DNA from: an uncultured Christensenellaceae bacterium
GTDB lineage: Bacteria > Bacillota > Clostridia > Christensenellales > CAG-1252
DNA length: 64,000 nucleotides
NCBI GenBank assembly: GCA_964561145.1
Contig: CAZLNZ010000011.1
Location: 11,230 to 75,229, forward strand
Direction of reading: 5' to 3'
Position numbers and translations under genes: made by a program. Below are positions 38,486-47,790 of the stretch, in pieces. The notes under the pieces were generated by a model. The model saw nothing but the letters and a program-made list of their open reading frames with translations, did not search any database and was not told where the DNA came from. Position 1 is the stretch's first letter. Each line of letters opens with the position of its first letter.

Positions 38486-40396
38486 CTATATATCCAAGTC
38501 GTCTACAAGAGTTGCGTTCTCTTCGATAAACTTACGTCTTAATTCGGGTTGCTCTCCCATAAGAATCGTGAAGATTTCATCGGCTTTGATTGCGTCTTCC
38601 ATGGTAACCTGAACCAATGTCCTCGAAGCGGGGCTCATTGTGGTCTCCCAGAGCTGTTCGTCGTTCATCTCGCCCAATCCTTTAAAGCGTTGTAAATCGC
38701 CGCTCTTGCGTCCGTTTTCGGCATAATACGCCTCGAGTGCGGCATCGTCATAGAAGTACAGTATTTGTTTGCCCTTTGCGATTTTGTAAAGGGGCGGTTG
38801 TGCGATGTAAACGTGACCGGTTTCGATCAATGGTTTCATATAGCGGAAGAAGAATGTGAGCATTAGGATACGAATGTGGGAACCGTCAACATCGGCATCG
38901 GTCATTATGATGATTTTGTTGTAGCGAAGCTTACTTTCGTTGAAATCCTCTCCGATGTTACAACCGAAGGCTGTAATCATGCTCTTGATTTCTTCATTTT
39001 CCAAGGCTCTGTGTACTCTAACCTTTTCAACATTGAGGATTTTACCTCTAAGCGGTAAAATTGCTTGGAAACGGCGATCGCGTCCCGTTTTTGCAGTACC
39101 GCCTGCCGAATCTCCCTCGACTATAAATATTTCGCATTTGGAAGGGTCTTTTTCCGAGCAATCGGAAAGTTTGCCGGGAAGGGAAGCACCGTCAAGCGGA
39201 CTTTTTCTTCTAGCCTCTTCTCTGGCTTTTCTTGCAGCCTCTCTGGCTTTTTGTGCATTGAGAGACCTTTCGATTAATACTTTGCTTTCCTTCGGATGCT
39301 CTTCCAGGTATGTTCCGAACATCTCGGTAACGATACGAGAAACGAAGGTTCTCATTTCAGAGTTGCCGAGCTTTGTCTTGGTTTGTCCTTCGAACTGAGG
39401 GTTTTCAAGTTTTACGCTTATTACGCAAACAAGACCCTCTCTTACGTCTTCACCGCTTAGGGCATCGTTTTCCTTGAGCAGTCCTGCCTTCTTTCCGTAA
39501 GCGTTTATTACTCTTGTCAAAGAGGTTTTGAAACCGTCTAAATGAGTTCCGCCTTCTTCGGTGTTTATGTTGTTTGCAAAGGCTAAAATGGTTTCGTTAT
39601 AGGTATCGTTGTATTGCAGTGCGAACTCAACCTCGCCATGCTCGGATTGTCCGTCAAAATAGAGGACGTCTTGGAACATTGCTTCATGCATTCCGTTAAG
39701 CTCTTTGACGAACTCTACGATACCGCCTTCGAATCTGAAGAGATCTTCTTTTACGGGATCCTCTCTGTAATCTTTGAAGTCGATTGTCAAGCCTTTATTG
39801 AGATAAGCAAGCTCTTTCAATCTTTTATACAGGGTTTTATAGTTAAAATTAAGGGTTTCGAATATTTGATCGTCGGGATAGAAACTGACAGTGGTACCTG
39901 TTTCGTCCGTATCTCCTATTATCTTCAATCTGTCGTCGGGAATTCCTCTGTGATAGTCTTGTGCGAAAATGTGCCCGTTCTGTTTTACTTCAACGTGAAG
40001 CCATTCGCTCAAAGCATTGACTACGGATAAACCGACGCCGTGCAAGCCACCGCTTATTTTATAGCCTCCGCCACCGAATTTACCGCCTGCATGTAGTTTT
40101 GTTAAAACCAATTCAACAGCGGAAATGCCTTCCTTTTCCTTGATACCGGTAGGGATACCTCTTCCGTTGTCGGAAACTGTAACCGAGCCGTCTTTGTTGA
40201 TGTATATGCTTATTGTATCGCAGAAGCCGCTTAATGCCTCATCGATACTGTTGTCTACGATTTCGTAAACCAAATGGTGCAGACCTCTTTCGTCTGTAGA
40301 GCCGATGTACATACCCGGTCTTACTCTGACCGGTTCCAAGCCCTCTAGAACTTGAATTTGCTCTTGACCGTAATCTTGATTAACCTTAGTTTCCAT
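38486..40396 (-). CDS. gyrB: DNA gyrase subunit B
   Basis: RPGMYIG, GGLHGVG, EGDSAGG, PLRGKILN, DADVDG and RFKGLGEM. Confidence 0.95.
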   Translation of the reverse strand: METKVNQDYGQEQIQVLEGLEPVRVRPGMYIGSTDERGLHHLVYEIVDNSIDEALSGFCDTISIYINKDGSVTVSDNGRGIPTGIKEKEGISAVELVLTKLHAGGKFGGGGYKISGGLHGVGLSVVNALSEWLHVEVKQNGHIFAQDYHRGIPDDRLKIIGDTDETGTTVSFYPDDQIFETLNFNYKTLYKRLKELAYLNKGLTIDFKDYREDPVKEDLFRFEGGIVEFVKELNGMHEAMFQDVLYFDGQSEHGEVEFALQYNDTYNETILAFANNINTEEGGTHLDGFKTSLTRVINAYGKKAGLLKENDALSGEDVREGLVCVISVKLENPQFEGQTKTKLGNSEMRTFVSRIVTEMFGTYLEEHPKESKVLIERSLNAQKAREAARKAREEARRKSPLDGASLPGKLSDCSEKDPSKCEIFIVEGDSAGGTAKTGRDRRFQAILPLRGKILNVEKVRVHRALENEEIKSMITAFGCNIGEDFNESKLRYNKIIIMTDADVDGSHIRILMLTFFFRYMKPLIETGHVYIAQPPLYKIAKGKQILYFYDDAALEAYYAENGRKSGDLQRFKGLGEMNDEQLWETTMSPASRTLVQVTMEDAIKADEIFTILMGEQPELRRKFIEENATLVDDLDI

Positions 40397-40472
40397 ATGT
40401 CCTCCGTTTTTGCCGATTATGGTTAAAAATCAACGCACACACACGCGTGCGTATAATAGTATTAATAATATT

Positions 40473-40502
40473 ATTATACTATAATAAAGAACGTCTTTGC
40501 AA
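40473..40502 (-). promoter_or_regulatory. gyrB promoter
   Basis: TTGCAA-18 bp-TATAAT on the - strand. Confidence 0.6.
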
Positions 40503-40520
40503 TTAAAAAGAGGAAAATTA

Positions 40521-40549
40521 TTGATTTTTTAATCTAATCGGGGTAAAAT
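40521..40549 (+). promoter_or_regulatory. recF promoter (probably leaderless)
   Basis: TTGATT-17 bp-TAAAAT ending 6 nt before the ATG. Confidence 0.55.
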
Positions 40550-40555
40550 AATGGT

Positions 40556-41620
40556 ATGGAAATTACCGACCTTTCTTTGCGTTCTTATAGAAACCACCTT
40601 GACGCCGATTTTCACTTTACGGAAGGAATAAACGTTATCGAGGGAGCTAATACCGTAGGCAAGACCAATCTTGTCGAGGCGGTCTATTTTTGTGGTTTCG
40701 GTAAAAGCCCGAAGAGTGTAAAGGACAAGGATTTGGTTACCTGGGGAAAAAGTGAAGCAAAAATAAGCTTGACCCTTCAAAAAAAATATCGAAAAGGAAA
40801 AATCGAAGCACTGATTTCCTCTAACGGTCAAAAGCGTATTGCCATAGACAATGCGGGTATATCGAGACTTGCCGAACTTGTAGGGTATTTGAATGTTGTT
40901 TATTTTTCACCGGATGAGATGAAGATGATTAAGGAAAGTCCTGCGGAAAGAAGGAGATTTTTGGATATTGCCTTGTCGGGACAATCCCGCTCCTATTTGT
41001 ATGATTTGTCTGACTATGTGAAGATTCTAAATAACAGAAATGCTCTTTTAAAAGCTCAAACGGGGAAGTATCTGGATAATACCCTTCCCATATGGGATTT
41101 ACAGCTTGCCAAAAAGGGAGGAGAAATAATCAGAAAACGCTGCTCCTTTATAGAAACCCTTTCTCCGATTGTTAAAGAGATATATTTAAATATAGCGAAA
41201 AACGGCGAAATTTTAAACATAGCATACGATTGCGATGTCGAACTCGACGATCCCGAAAATTCAATTTTAGACGCCCTTTTAGCGGCTAGAGAAAAGGATA
41301 TAAGACTCGGATATACCACGGTCGGGCCGCATCGTGACGATTTAGCCGTCAAAATTAACGACATCGATATACGCAACTTCGGTTCTCAAGGACAACAGCG
41401 TACGGCGGCATTGGCAATTAAGCTTGCAGAGGTCAAATGTATAGAAGATAATATAAAGGAAAAGCCTGTTCTTATCCTAGACGACGTCTTGTCCGAGCTT
41501 GACCCGTCCAGACGGGAAAATCTATTGACACTTGCCTCCTCTGTACAAACGTTGTTAACTTGTACCGATTTTACCGAAAACGAAGCTTATATTAAAAACA
41601 GAATACATCTAACAAAATAA
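40556..41620 (+). CDS. recF: DNA replication/repair protein RecF
   Basis: GANTVGKTNLVEA, PAERRRFLD, GPHRDD, GSQGQQR and LDDVLSELD. Confidence 0.96.
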   Translation: MEITDLSLRSYRNHLDADFHFTEGINVIEGANTVGKTNLVEAVYFCGFGKSPKSVKDKDLVTWGKSEAKISLTLQKKYRKGKIEALISSNGQKRIAIDNAGISRLAELVGYLNVVYFSPDEMKMIKESPAERRRFLDIALSGQSRSYLYDLSDYVKILNNRNALLKAQTGKYLDNTLPIWDLQLAKKGGEIIRKRCSFIETLSPIVKEIYLNIAKNGEILNIAYDCDVELDDPENSILDALLAAREKDIRLGYTTVGPHRDDLAVKINDIDIRNFGSQGQQRTAALAIKLAEVKCIEDNIKEKPVLILDDVLSELDPSRRENLLTLASSVQTLLTCTDFTENEAYIKNRIHLTK

Positions 41621-41647
41621 CCGCACGTGGCGGTTATTTTGTTAGAT
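41607..41647. terminator. recF terminator (overlaps the stop codon)
   Basis: ATCTAACAAAATAACCGC-ACGTG-GCGGTTATTTTGTTAGAT, 18-bp stem. Confidence 0.75.
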
Positions 41648-41751
41648 AGTCTATAGTGCGGACTCTCTGGGTATAAAAATCACGTTAGCGGTTCTCTAGT
41701 GGAGTAGGTTTCGAGAGCCGCTAACGCTTTCTACGTCGTACAAAGCGTTAG

Positions 41752-42525
41752 CTAAGTACGTTTGTACGGAGAATTTTCTCCATACATTATGTTAAGAAGC
41801 TCCTCGGGGGCAAAATCCGTAAAGCTTCTTACGTATACTTGATAAATCGCTTCCTCGTCCTCGTAAATAAATACATTTTTATAGACATCTTGCGGAGTAG
41901 AGGTGTCTATAAAGTGATAATATTCGATATCGTTCAGGTTTATTATTTCTTTTGCATCACACAATACGGAGAATAAGTCGTCTTCATTGTCAGCCGATTT
42001 TTCTTGTAGCTTTATCACGGCAACATTCCAAAGCCCGTAGAAATCTTTGCAACAAAAATACATGCCATAACCGGAAACACTGCTATTCTCGTCTACAAGT
42101 AGCCAAAAGTTTCCGCACTCATAATCGTCCGCATCAATATACGGTAACGTCAAATATTGTGTATAGTCGTAGTATTCTTCTGCCGAGACTTCTCCGTAAA
42201 AAATATTATTGTTATTTCTCGTTGCGGCAATTTCGAAAATCTCTTCTTCCATCTGCCCCAGGTTGAAAAACGGATTTACAATAGGCGGCACTTCGTTATC
42301 CGGCACAATCGGCACCTCTCCTTCTGAGGATGCAAACGGGAGAAACGCAATGACAATGATAAGAGAAAAAACGAGCATCAAAGCGATAGATATAATCAAA
42401 CATTTTCTTCGATGCGAGGATATTTTTTTTGCACAACAGCCTCGATGCAATTTTTTCAGATCGTCTTCTTTATTGCCTTTGGTTTCTTCGGCATATTCAA
42501 TCATTAATGAGTCTATATCTTTCAT
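41752..42525 (-). CDS. Single-TM protein, anti-sigma-factor-like topology
   Basis: Short cytoplasmic N-terminus, one TM and an acidic extracellular domain; coupled to the upstream gene. Confidence 0.5.
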   Translation of the reverse strand: MKDIDSLMIEYAEETKGNKEDDLKKLHRGCCAKKISSHRRKCLIISIALMLVFSLIIVIAFLPFASSEGEVPIVPDNEVPPIVNPFFNLGQMEEEIFEIAATRNNNNIFYGEVSAEEYYDYTQYLTLPYIDADDYECGNFWLLVDENSSVSGYGMYFCCKDFYGLWNVAVIKLQEKSADNEDDLFSVLCDAKEIINLNDIEYYHFIDTSTPQDVYKNVFIYEDEEAIYQVYVRSFTDFAPEELLNIMYGENSPYKRT

Positions 42526-42526
42526 A

Positions 42527-43387
42527 TTATTCTTCCCATGCTATATAGGTTTCCGCCGCATATATTACAAGGTCATCCGCCAAAAGAGAGTTATTTTGAA
42601 TTAAGTTCGAGTCATTGTTTCCGAAAGAAACATTAAGGATCAGTTTTGACGAAATCATCTCATCGCTCTCATTGTAGAAGTCGATTTTTTTATATCCGTA
42701 TACCAGGCACATATGATAGCCGCTAAAGCTCTTTTTGCGCAACCTCATCGACGTTCCGCTGTCTAATGCCGTAACATAATTACTCCCATTTAAGTACAAC
42801 ATGGTCGGATAGCCGTTATCGGTTGACCTCTTTATCTTACTATAGTCAATGACTCCGTCTGCAAGAACGGAGTAATATCCCAACATATAACCTTTACTAT
42901 TAGCATAAGAGGTCATTTTTCTTCGCAAATCGCTTGCAGCAATCATCGATGACGAGAGATCTAAATGATCATACAAGGAATCGATAAGAGCCTGCTTTTG
43001 TGATGAGTTGACTATCATTTCTGAAAACAGATAATAGGAACCGTTGGAACTGCCGGGGGTAAAACTTACCAAGTTCGAATATGTTTTCCCATAATAAGCC
43101 ATAAGGTTTGCAGCCGAAGCTGCAGCCTCAGCCTCATTACCGTAGGACATGTTTAAATTATAATAGTTCGGGAAGGAGCTTATTTGATAACTCTCTTCAA
43201 CCTTGTATGAATAATTGATCGTTTCCGTTTGAGTTGTAAAAGAGATATTATTAATCGAGACATCCGGTGAAGGTAGTGCCGCAAATGTAGAAACTCCTCC
43301 GCAAGTGAATATAAAAGTGCCGAATACCAAAACAAGTAAAACGGAGGCAAGTATTCTTATTAAACCGCAAGTGTTATTCTTTTTCAT
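42527..43387 (-). CDS. Secreted papain-fold (C39/C10-like) protein, apparently lacking the catalytic Cys
   Basis: AAASAANLMAYY helix, GYPTML and HMCLVYGY. AAGGAG before ATG 43387. Confidence 0.5.
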   Translation of the reverse strand: MKKNNTCGLIRILASVLLVLVFGTFIFTCGGVSTFAALPSPDVSINNISFTTQTETINYSYKVEESYQISSFPNYYNLNMSYGNEAEAAASAANLMAYYGKTYSNLVSFTPGSSNGSYYLFSEMIVNSSQKQALIDSLYDHLDLSSSMIAASDLRRKMTSYANSKGYMLGYYSVLADGVIDYSKIKRSTDNGYPTMLYLNGSNYVTALDSGTSMRLRKKSFSGYHMCLVYGYKKIDFYNESDEMISSKLILNVSFGNNDSNLIQNNSLLADDLVIYAAETYIAWEE

Positions 43388-43677
43388 AAAATTCTCCTTG
43401 AGAAACATTCTCACACTAATTAATATAAACAATCGAGAGTTATAGCTTTTTCACCCATTTTTCAAAGTTTTTTTGCTTTACCATAAAACATACCGATGCA
43501 TTAATATTTAAATGAAATAAATTCTCAAAATTTCTTATCGTTTTGATCTGCTATGCTCACTGTCGCTTGTTGCGGTATATTTTTTAGCAATATTACTTTT
43601 CGCAAGCAGAAGATAAGTTTGTTTCGGCAAAAATACAATCTCCAGATAGGCAAATATTACGAAGCAAAACAGACTAT

Positions 43678-43710
43678 AAAAAAACCTTTATGACGAGCAT
43701 AAAGGTTTTT
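43678..43710 (-). terminator. gpmI terminator
   Basis: AAAAACCTTTATG..CATAAAGGTTTTT inverted repeat. Confidence 0.75.
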
Positions 43711-43731
43711 AACTCAGATAAGTTTAAACAA

Positions 43732-45297
43732 TTATTTAATGATGGCTCTATCCCAATGAGGATCGGGTTCTAAGCCCATAAGCTTTGCAACGGTTGCAGC
43801 AACATTTGAAAGACCGAATTCACCCTCGACGATTTCACAATTTGCATTATAGATGATGAAAGGAACAGGATTTAACGAGTGTGCCGTGCGTACTGCAATA
43901 ACACCCTTCTTGTTCTTCTCCAACATTTCATCCGCGTTGCCGTGGTCTGCGGTAACGATAAGCACGGAATCGGTTTTATCGATAACGGGAAGTAAACGAG
44001 CAAGACCCAGATCTACCGCCTCTACGCCGATAATCGTTGCATCGAGACTGCCGGTATGTCCAACCATATCTCCGTTGGGATAGTTACAGCGAATAAAGCC
44101 GTATTTTCCGCTCTCAATAGCCTCGATCACTTTGTCGGTAACCTCTGCGGCTTTCATCCAAGGACGTTGATCGAAGGAAACCTTATCGCTCGGAATTTCT
44201 TCCCAAACCTCTAGCGTATCACTGAATCTTTCGCTACGGTTGCCGTTCCAGAAATAGGTAACGTGTCCGTATTTTTGAGTTTCGGATACCGCATAAGAGG
44301 GAATTTGATGGTTGACGCAGTACTCCGATAGGGTGTACTTGATCTTCGGGGGTTCGACTAGGAACTTTTCGGGAAGCTTGAGATCACCGTCGTATTGGAG
44401 CATTCCCGCATATTCGACATAGGGCATATTTCCTCTGTCAAATTTGTCGAAGTCCTTATTGTCAAACGCCATGCTTAATTCGATTGCACGGTCTCCACGG
44501 AAGTTAAAGAGTATTACACTGTCGCCGTCATGCATTGCACCGACAGGAATTCCGTCCTTTTTGATAACAAATGCGGGAAGGTCTTGATCGATAACTCCGG
44601 GGTTTTCCTCTCTAAAGGTTTCGATTGCTTCCTTTGCATTGTCAAATCCTCTGCCCTCTCCGTATACGTGGGTATAAAATCCGTTACGGACCATGTCCCA
44701 GTTGGCAAAGTATCTGTCCATTGTGATTTTCATTCTTCCGCCACCGGAAGCTATACAAGCATCGAAATCGGAATCGTTTAATTCGGCTAAAGCGTTTTCC
44801 AGCTGTTCAACATATACTAAAGCGGAGGTTGCAGGGACGTCACGTCCGTCAAGCAATGTGTGAATTCTGACTCTCTTGATACCGCTAGCCTTGGCACCCT
44901 TAACAAGTGCGATAAGGTGGGAAATGTTACTATGCACGTTTCCGTCCGATAATAAGCCGATGAAGTGCATCGTTCCGCCATTTTTGATACAGTTGTCTTT
45001 AAGAGAAATCCAAGCGGAGGAGTTGAAAATATCTCCCGATTCGATAGCCTCTTCTACGAGTTTAGCGCCTTGGGAGTAAACTTGACCACAACCTAAAGCG
45101 TTGTGACCGACTTCGCTGTTTCCCATATCATCGTCGGAGGGAAGACCTACCGCTGTGCCGTGAGCTTTGATATAGGTATGAGGACATGTCGATAGAAGCT
45201 TATCGAGAGTCGGTGTGTTTGCAAGGGTAACGGCGTCACCCAGTCCGGTTTTAGACTGTCCGACGCCGTCCATTACGACAAGAACAATTTGTTTCAT
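43732..45297 (-). CDS. gpmI: 2,3-bisphosphoglycerate-independent phosphoglycerate mutase
   Basis: MDGVG, MGNSEVGH, DGRD, DMVGHTG and TADHGN. Confidence 0.97.
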   Translation of the reverse strand: MKQIVLVVMDGVGQSKTGLGDAVTLANTPTLDKLLSTCPHTYIKAHGTAVGLPSDDDMGNSEVGHNALGCGQVYSQGAKLVEEAIESGDIFNSSAWISLKDNCIKNGGTMHFIGLLSDGNVHSNISHLIALVKGAKASGIKRVRIHTLLDGRDVPATSALVYVEQLENALAELNDSDFDACIASGGGRMKITMDRYFANWDMVRNGFYTHVYGEGRGFDNAKEAIETFREENPGVIDQDLPAFVIKKDGIPVGAMHDGDSVILFNFRGDRAIELSMAFDNKDFDKFDRGNMPYVEYAGMLQYDGDLKLPEKFLVEPPKIKYTLSEYCVNHQIPSYAVSETQKYGHVTYFWNGNRSERFSDTLEVWEEIPSDKVSFDQRPWMKAAEVTDKVIEAIESGKYGFIRCNYPNGDMVGHTGSLDATIIGVEAVDLGLARLLPVIDKTDSVLIVTADHGNADEMLEKNKKGVIAVRTAHSLNPVPFIIYNANCEIVEGEFGLSNVAATVAKLMGLEPDPHWDRAIIK

Positions 45298-45300
45298 ATC

Positions 45301-46047
45301 TTAATAATTTACGATCTTTGAGAAATCCTCTGCCTTTAAGGATGCGCCGCCGATAAGTCCACCGTCGATTTCGGGTTGAGCCATAAGCTCGGCAGCGTTT
45401 GCAGGCTTCATGCTTCCGCCGTATTGGATACGAACGGAGGCTGCACATTTCTCACAATATATTTCTGCTAAGCAGTCACGGATAATCTTAATTGTGGCGT
45501 TAGCGTCTTCTGCGGTAGCGGTTTTACCGGTTCCGATTGCCCATACAGGCTCATATGCGATAACGATATTAGCTAATTGGTCGTAGGAGATATCCTTTAA
45601 AGCAATCTTTGTTTGACGACGAACAACCTCGGCTGTGATGCCGTTCTCTCTTTCCTCTAGAAGCTCTCCGACACAAAGGATAACCTTTAATCCTGCGTTG
45701 ATGGCGGCTTTTGTGCGAAGATTTACGGTTGCATCGGTTTCACCGAAATATTGTCTTCTTTCGCTGTGTCCGATAATAACGTACTCAACACCGAGTTCCT
45801 TAAGCATTCCGGTTGTAATTTCTCCGGTGTATGCTCCTTTTTCTGCCCAGTGTACGTTTTCTGCTCCTACGTGAATATTTGAACCTGCCGCTGCCTCAAC
45901 AGCTGCTGCTAGTGAGGTATAAGGGGTGCAAACTACAACGTCGCATTTGGAATCGGCAACCAAGGGTCTAAGCTCGGAAATAAGCTTTTTGGTTTCCGCA
46001 ATATTGTTATTCATTTTCCAGTTTCCTGCTATGATAGGTGTTCTCAT
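45301..46047 (-). CDS. tpiA: Triosephosphate isomerase
   Basis: AGNWKM, GHSERR, AYEPVWAIGTG and GGASL. Confidence 0.98.
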   Translation of the reverse strand: MRTPIIAGNWKMNNNIAETKKLISELRPLVADSKCDVVVCTPYTSLAAAVEAAAGSNIHVGAENVHWAEKGAYTGEITTGMLKELGVEYVIIGHSERRQYFGETDATVNLRTKAAINAGLKVILCVGELLEERENGITAEVVRRQTKIALKDISYDQLANIVIAYEPVWAIGTGKTATAEDANATIKIIRDCLAEIYCEKCAASVRIQYGGSMKPANAAELMAQPEIDGGLIGGASLKAEDFSKIVNY

Positions 46048-46104
46048 AAATTACTCCTTTTATTAATTCGGTTATAATTTCTTTTAGATTTTTTTTAAAA
46101 GAAA

Positions 46105-47367
46105 TTATTTGTTATTTAAGCACTCGATGCCGGGAAGAACCTTTCCTTCTAATAGCTCGAGAGAAGCACCGCCACCTGTGGAGATGTGTGTCATTTTTGA
46201 TGCATAACCGAGTTGGGTAACAGCTGCTGCACTGTCTCCTCCGCCGATGATGGTGATAGCGTTAGAATTAGCTAAAGCTTCTGCGATTGCCTTTGTACCG
46301 ATTGCAAAGTTTGGGAACTCGAATACGCCCATAGGTCCGTTCCAAACAACGGTAGCTGCGTTCTTGATAGCATCGGAGAACAAAGCTATTGTCTTCGGAC
46401 CGATATCCATTCCCTCCCAACCATCGGGTACACCGAGTTCGGAAACTTGGGAGTTTGCATCGTTAGAGAAGTTGTCTGCACAAAGGGTATCGATGGGAAG
46501 AAGGAATTTGATGCCCTTAGCATTTGCTTTAGCCATAAGCTCTTTTGCAAGGTCTACCTTGTCAAGCTCGCAAAGGCTGTTACCTACATTGTATCCCAAT
46601 GCTTTGAAGAAGGTATATGCCATACCGCCGCCGATAATCAAGGTGTCAACCTTGTCGATGAGATTTTCGATAACACCGATTTTGTCGGAAACTTTAGCAC
46701 CGCCAAGGATAGCAACAAAGGGACGCTTGGGCTCTTCGATTGCTCTGCCCATTACATTAAGTTCCTTTTCGATAAGGAAACCTGCAACTGCGGTTTTGAT
46801 AAAGCCGTGTTGAACAACGCCTGCTGTAGAAGCGTGTGCTCTGTGAACGGTACCGAAAGCATCACTTACATAAATATCACCGAAACGAGCGAGTTTTTCT
46901 GCAAAAGCAACGTCGTTTTTGGTTTCTTCCTTATAGAAGCGGAGATTTTGTAAAAGAACGCATTCGCCTTCCTTACAAGCGTTGACTGCAGCTTCTGCCT
47001 CGTCACCGATTACGTCGTTAACGAAGGTAACCTTGTTGTCCAAAAGCTCATTGAGTCTTTTTGCAACGATTTCAAGGCTGCATTTTTTCATTGTTTGAGC
47101 TCTTAATTCGTCGTCGGTTTTATCTGCATCCTCGGGTTTAATCTTTTTACGATCGATTTTATCGTTTAAAATGTTAAAGGGTCTGCCAAGGTGAGAGCAA
47201 AGAATAACCTTAGCACCATGCTCCATTAAATACTTAATGGTAGGAAGGGCACCTTGGATTCTGGTTTCGTCGGTGATAACACCGCCCTTAACGGGAACGT
47301 TGAAGTCGCATCTTACAAGACATCTTTTACCTTTTACGTCAATATCCTTAATAGTAAGTTTTTCCAT
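46105..47367 (-). CDS. pgk: Phosphoglycerate kinase
   Basis: [30 protein letters not shown] and [10 protein letters not shown]. Confidence 0.98.
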   Translation of the reverse strand: MEKLTIKDIDVKGKRCLVRCDFNVPVKGGVITDETRIQGALPTIKYLMEHGAKVILCSHLGRPFNILNDKIDRKKIKPEDADKTDDELRAQTMKKCSLEIVAKRLNELLDNKVTFVNDVIGDEAEAAVNACKEGECVLLQNLRFYKEETKNDVAFAEKLARFGDIYVSDAFGTVHRAHASTAGVVQHGFIKTAVAGFLIEKELNVMGRAIEEPKRPFVAILGGAKVSDKIGVIENLIDKVDTLIIGGGMAYTFFKALGYNVGNSLCELDKVDLAKELMAKANAKGIKFLLPIDTLCADNFSNDANSQVSELGVPDGWEGMDIGPKTIALFSDAIKNAATVVWNGPMGVFEFPNFAIGTKAIAEALANSNAITIIGGGDSAAAVTQLGYASKMTHISTGGGASLELLEGKVLPGIECLNNK

Positions 47368-47435
47368 AATAAACTCCTTATAAAATGTTTTAAATTAATT
47401 CTAAGAGCTTATTAAAAGCTCTTCTCCAGTTACAC

Positions 47436-47464
47436 ATTATACCACTTTTATAAATGCAAGTAAA
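47436..47464 (-). promoter_or_regulatory. pgk operon promoter
   Basis: TTTACT-17 bp-TATAAT with extended -10 TG on the - strand. Confidence 0.6.
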
Positions 47465-47502
47465 GCCCATTTTTAAATATTGTAACAAGCTTGGATTCGA
47501 AA

Positions 47503-47584
47503 GTGAATTTTCAGTGAATTTTCACTTTTTTCAGGTGAAAATTCACTCTGGCGGGTGAAAATTCGCTTTTTAGTGAAAATTCAC
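47503..47584. repeat. Array of five GTGAAWWTTCRC quasi-palindromes
   Basis: Copies at 47503, 47514, 47535, 47555 and 47573. Confidence 0.8.
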
Positions 47585-47638
47585 CATGCAAAACGATAGG
47601 TTTTAAAAAACATTGATTTACAAAAGCATTTTTATGCA

Positions 47639-47686
47639 GATGAGATACTGATGCTATTCGTTCTTTCAGGGTTCGACTCCAGGCTT
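47639..47686 (-). repeat. Degenerate family-A copy
   Basis: GATGAGATACTGATGC...GGGTTCGACTCCAGGCTT. Confidence 0.55.
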
Positions 47687-47725
47687 ACATCGCTTGATAT
47701 TTTAATATAATCTTGTGGCTAGTCA

Positions 47726-47757
47726 AAAAGACCCCGCATAAAATGCGGAGCCCTTTT
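47726..47757 (-). terminator. Terminator of the starch operon
   Basis: GGCTCCGCAT-TTT-ATGCGGGGTC-TTTT on the - strand. Confidence 0.7.
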
Positions 47758-47790
47758 GGATTAAAAAAATGAACAACGTCAAATTTACAA

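Noticed and set aside
35911-40396. parC/parE instead of gyrA/gyrB
   Set aside because: A GyrA-box (QHRGGVG), acidic tail and proximity to recF/dnaA favour gyrase.
40451-40485. DnaA-trio/unwinding element marking oriC near gyrB
   Set aside because: No adjacent DnaA-box cluster, and the AT run is explained by the gyrB -10 region. The dnaA-dnaN gap fits better.
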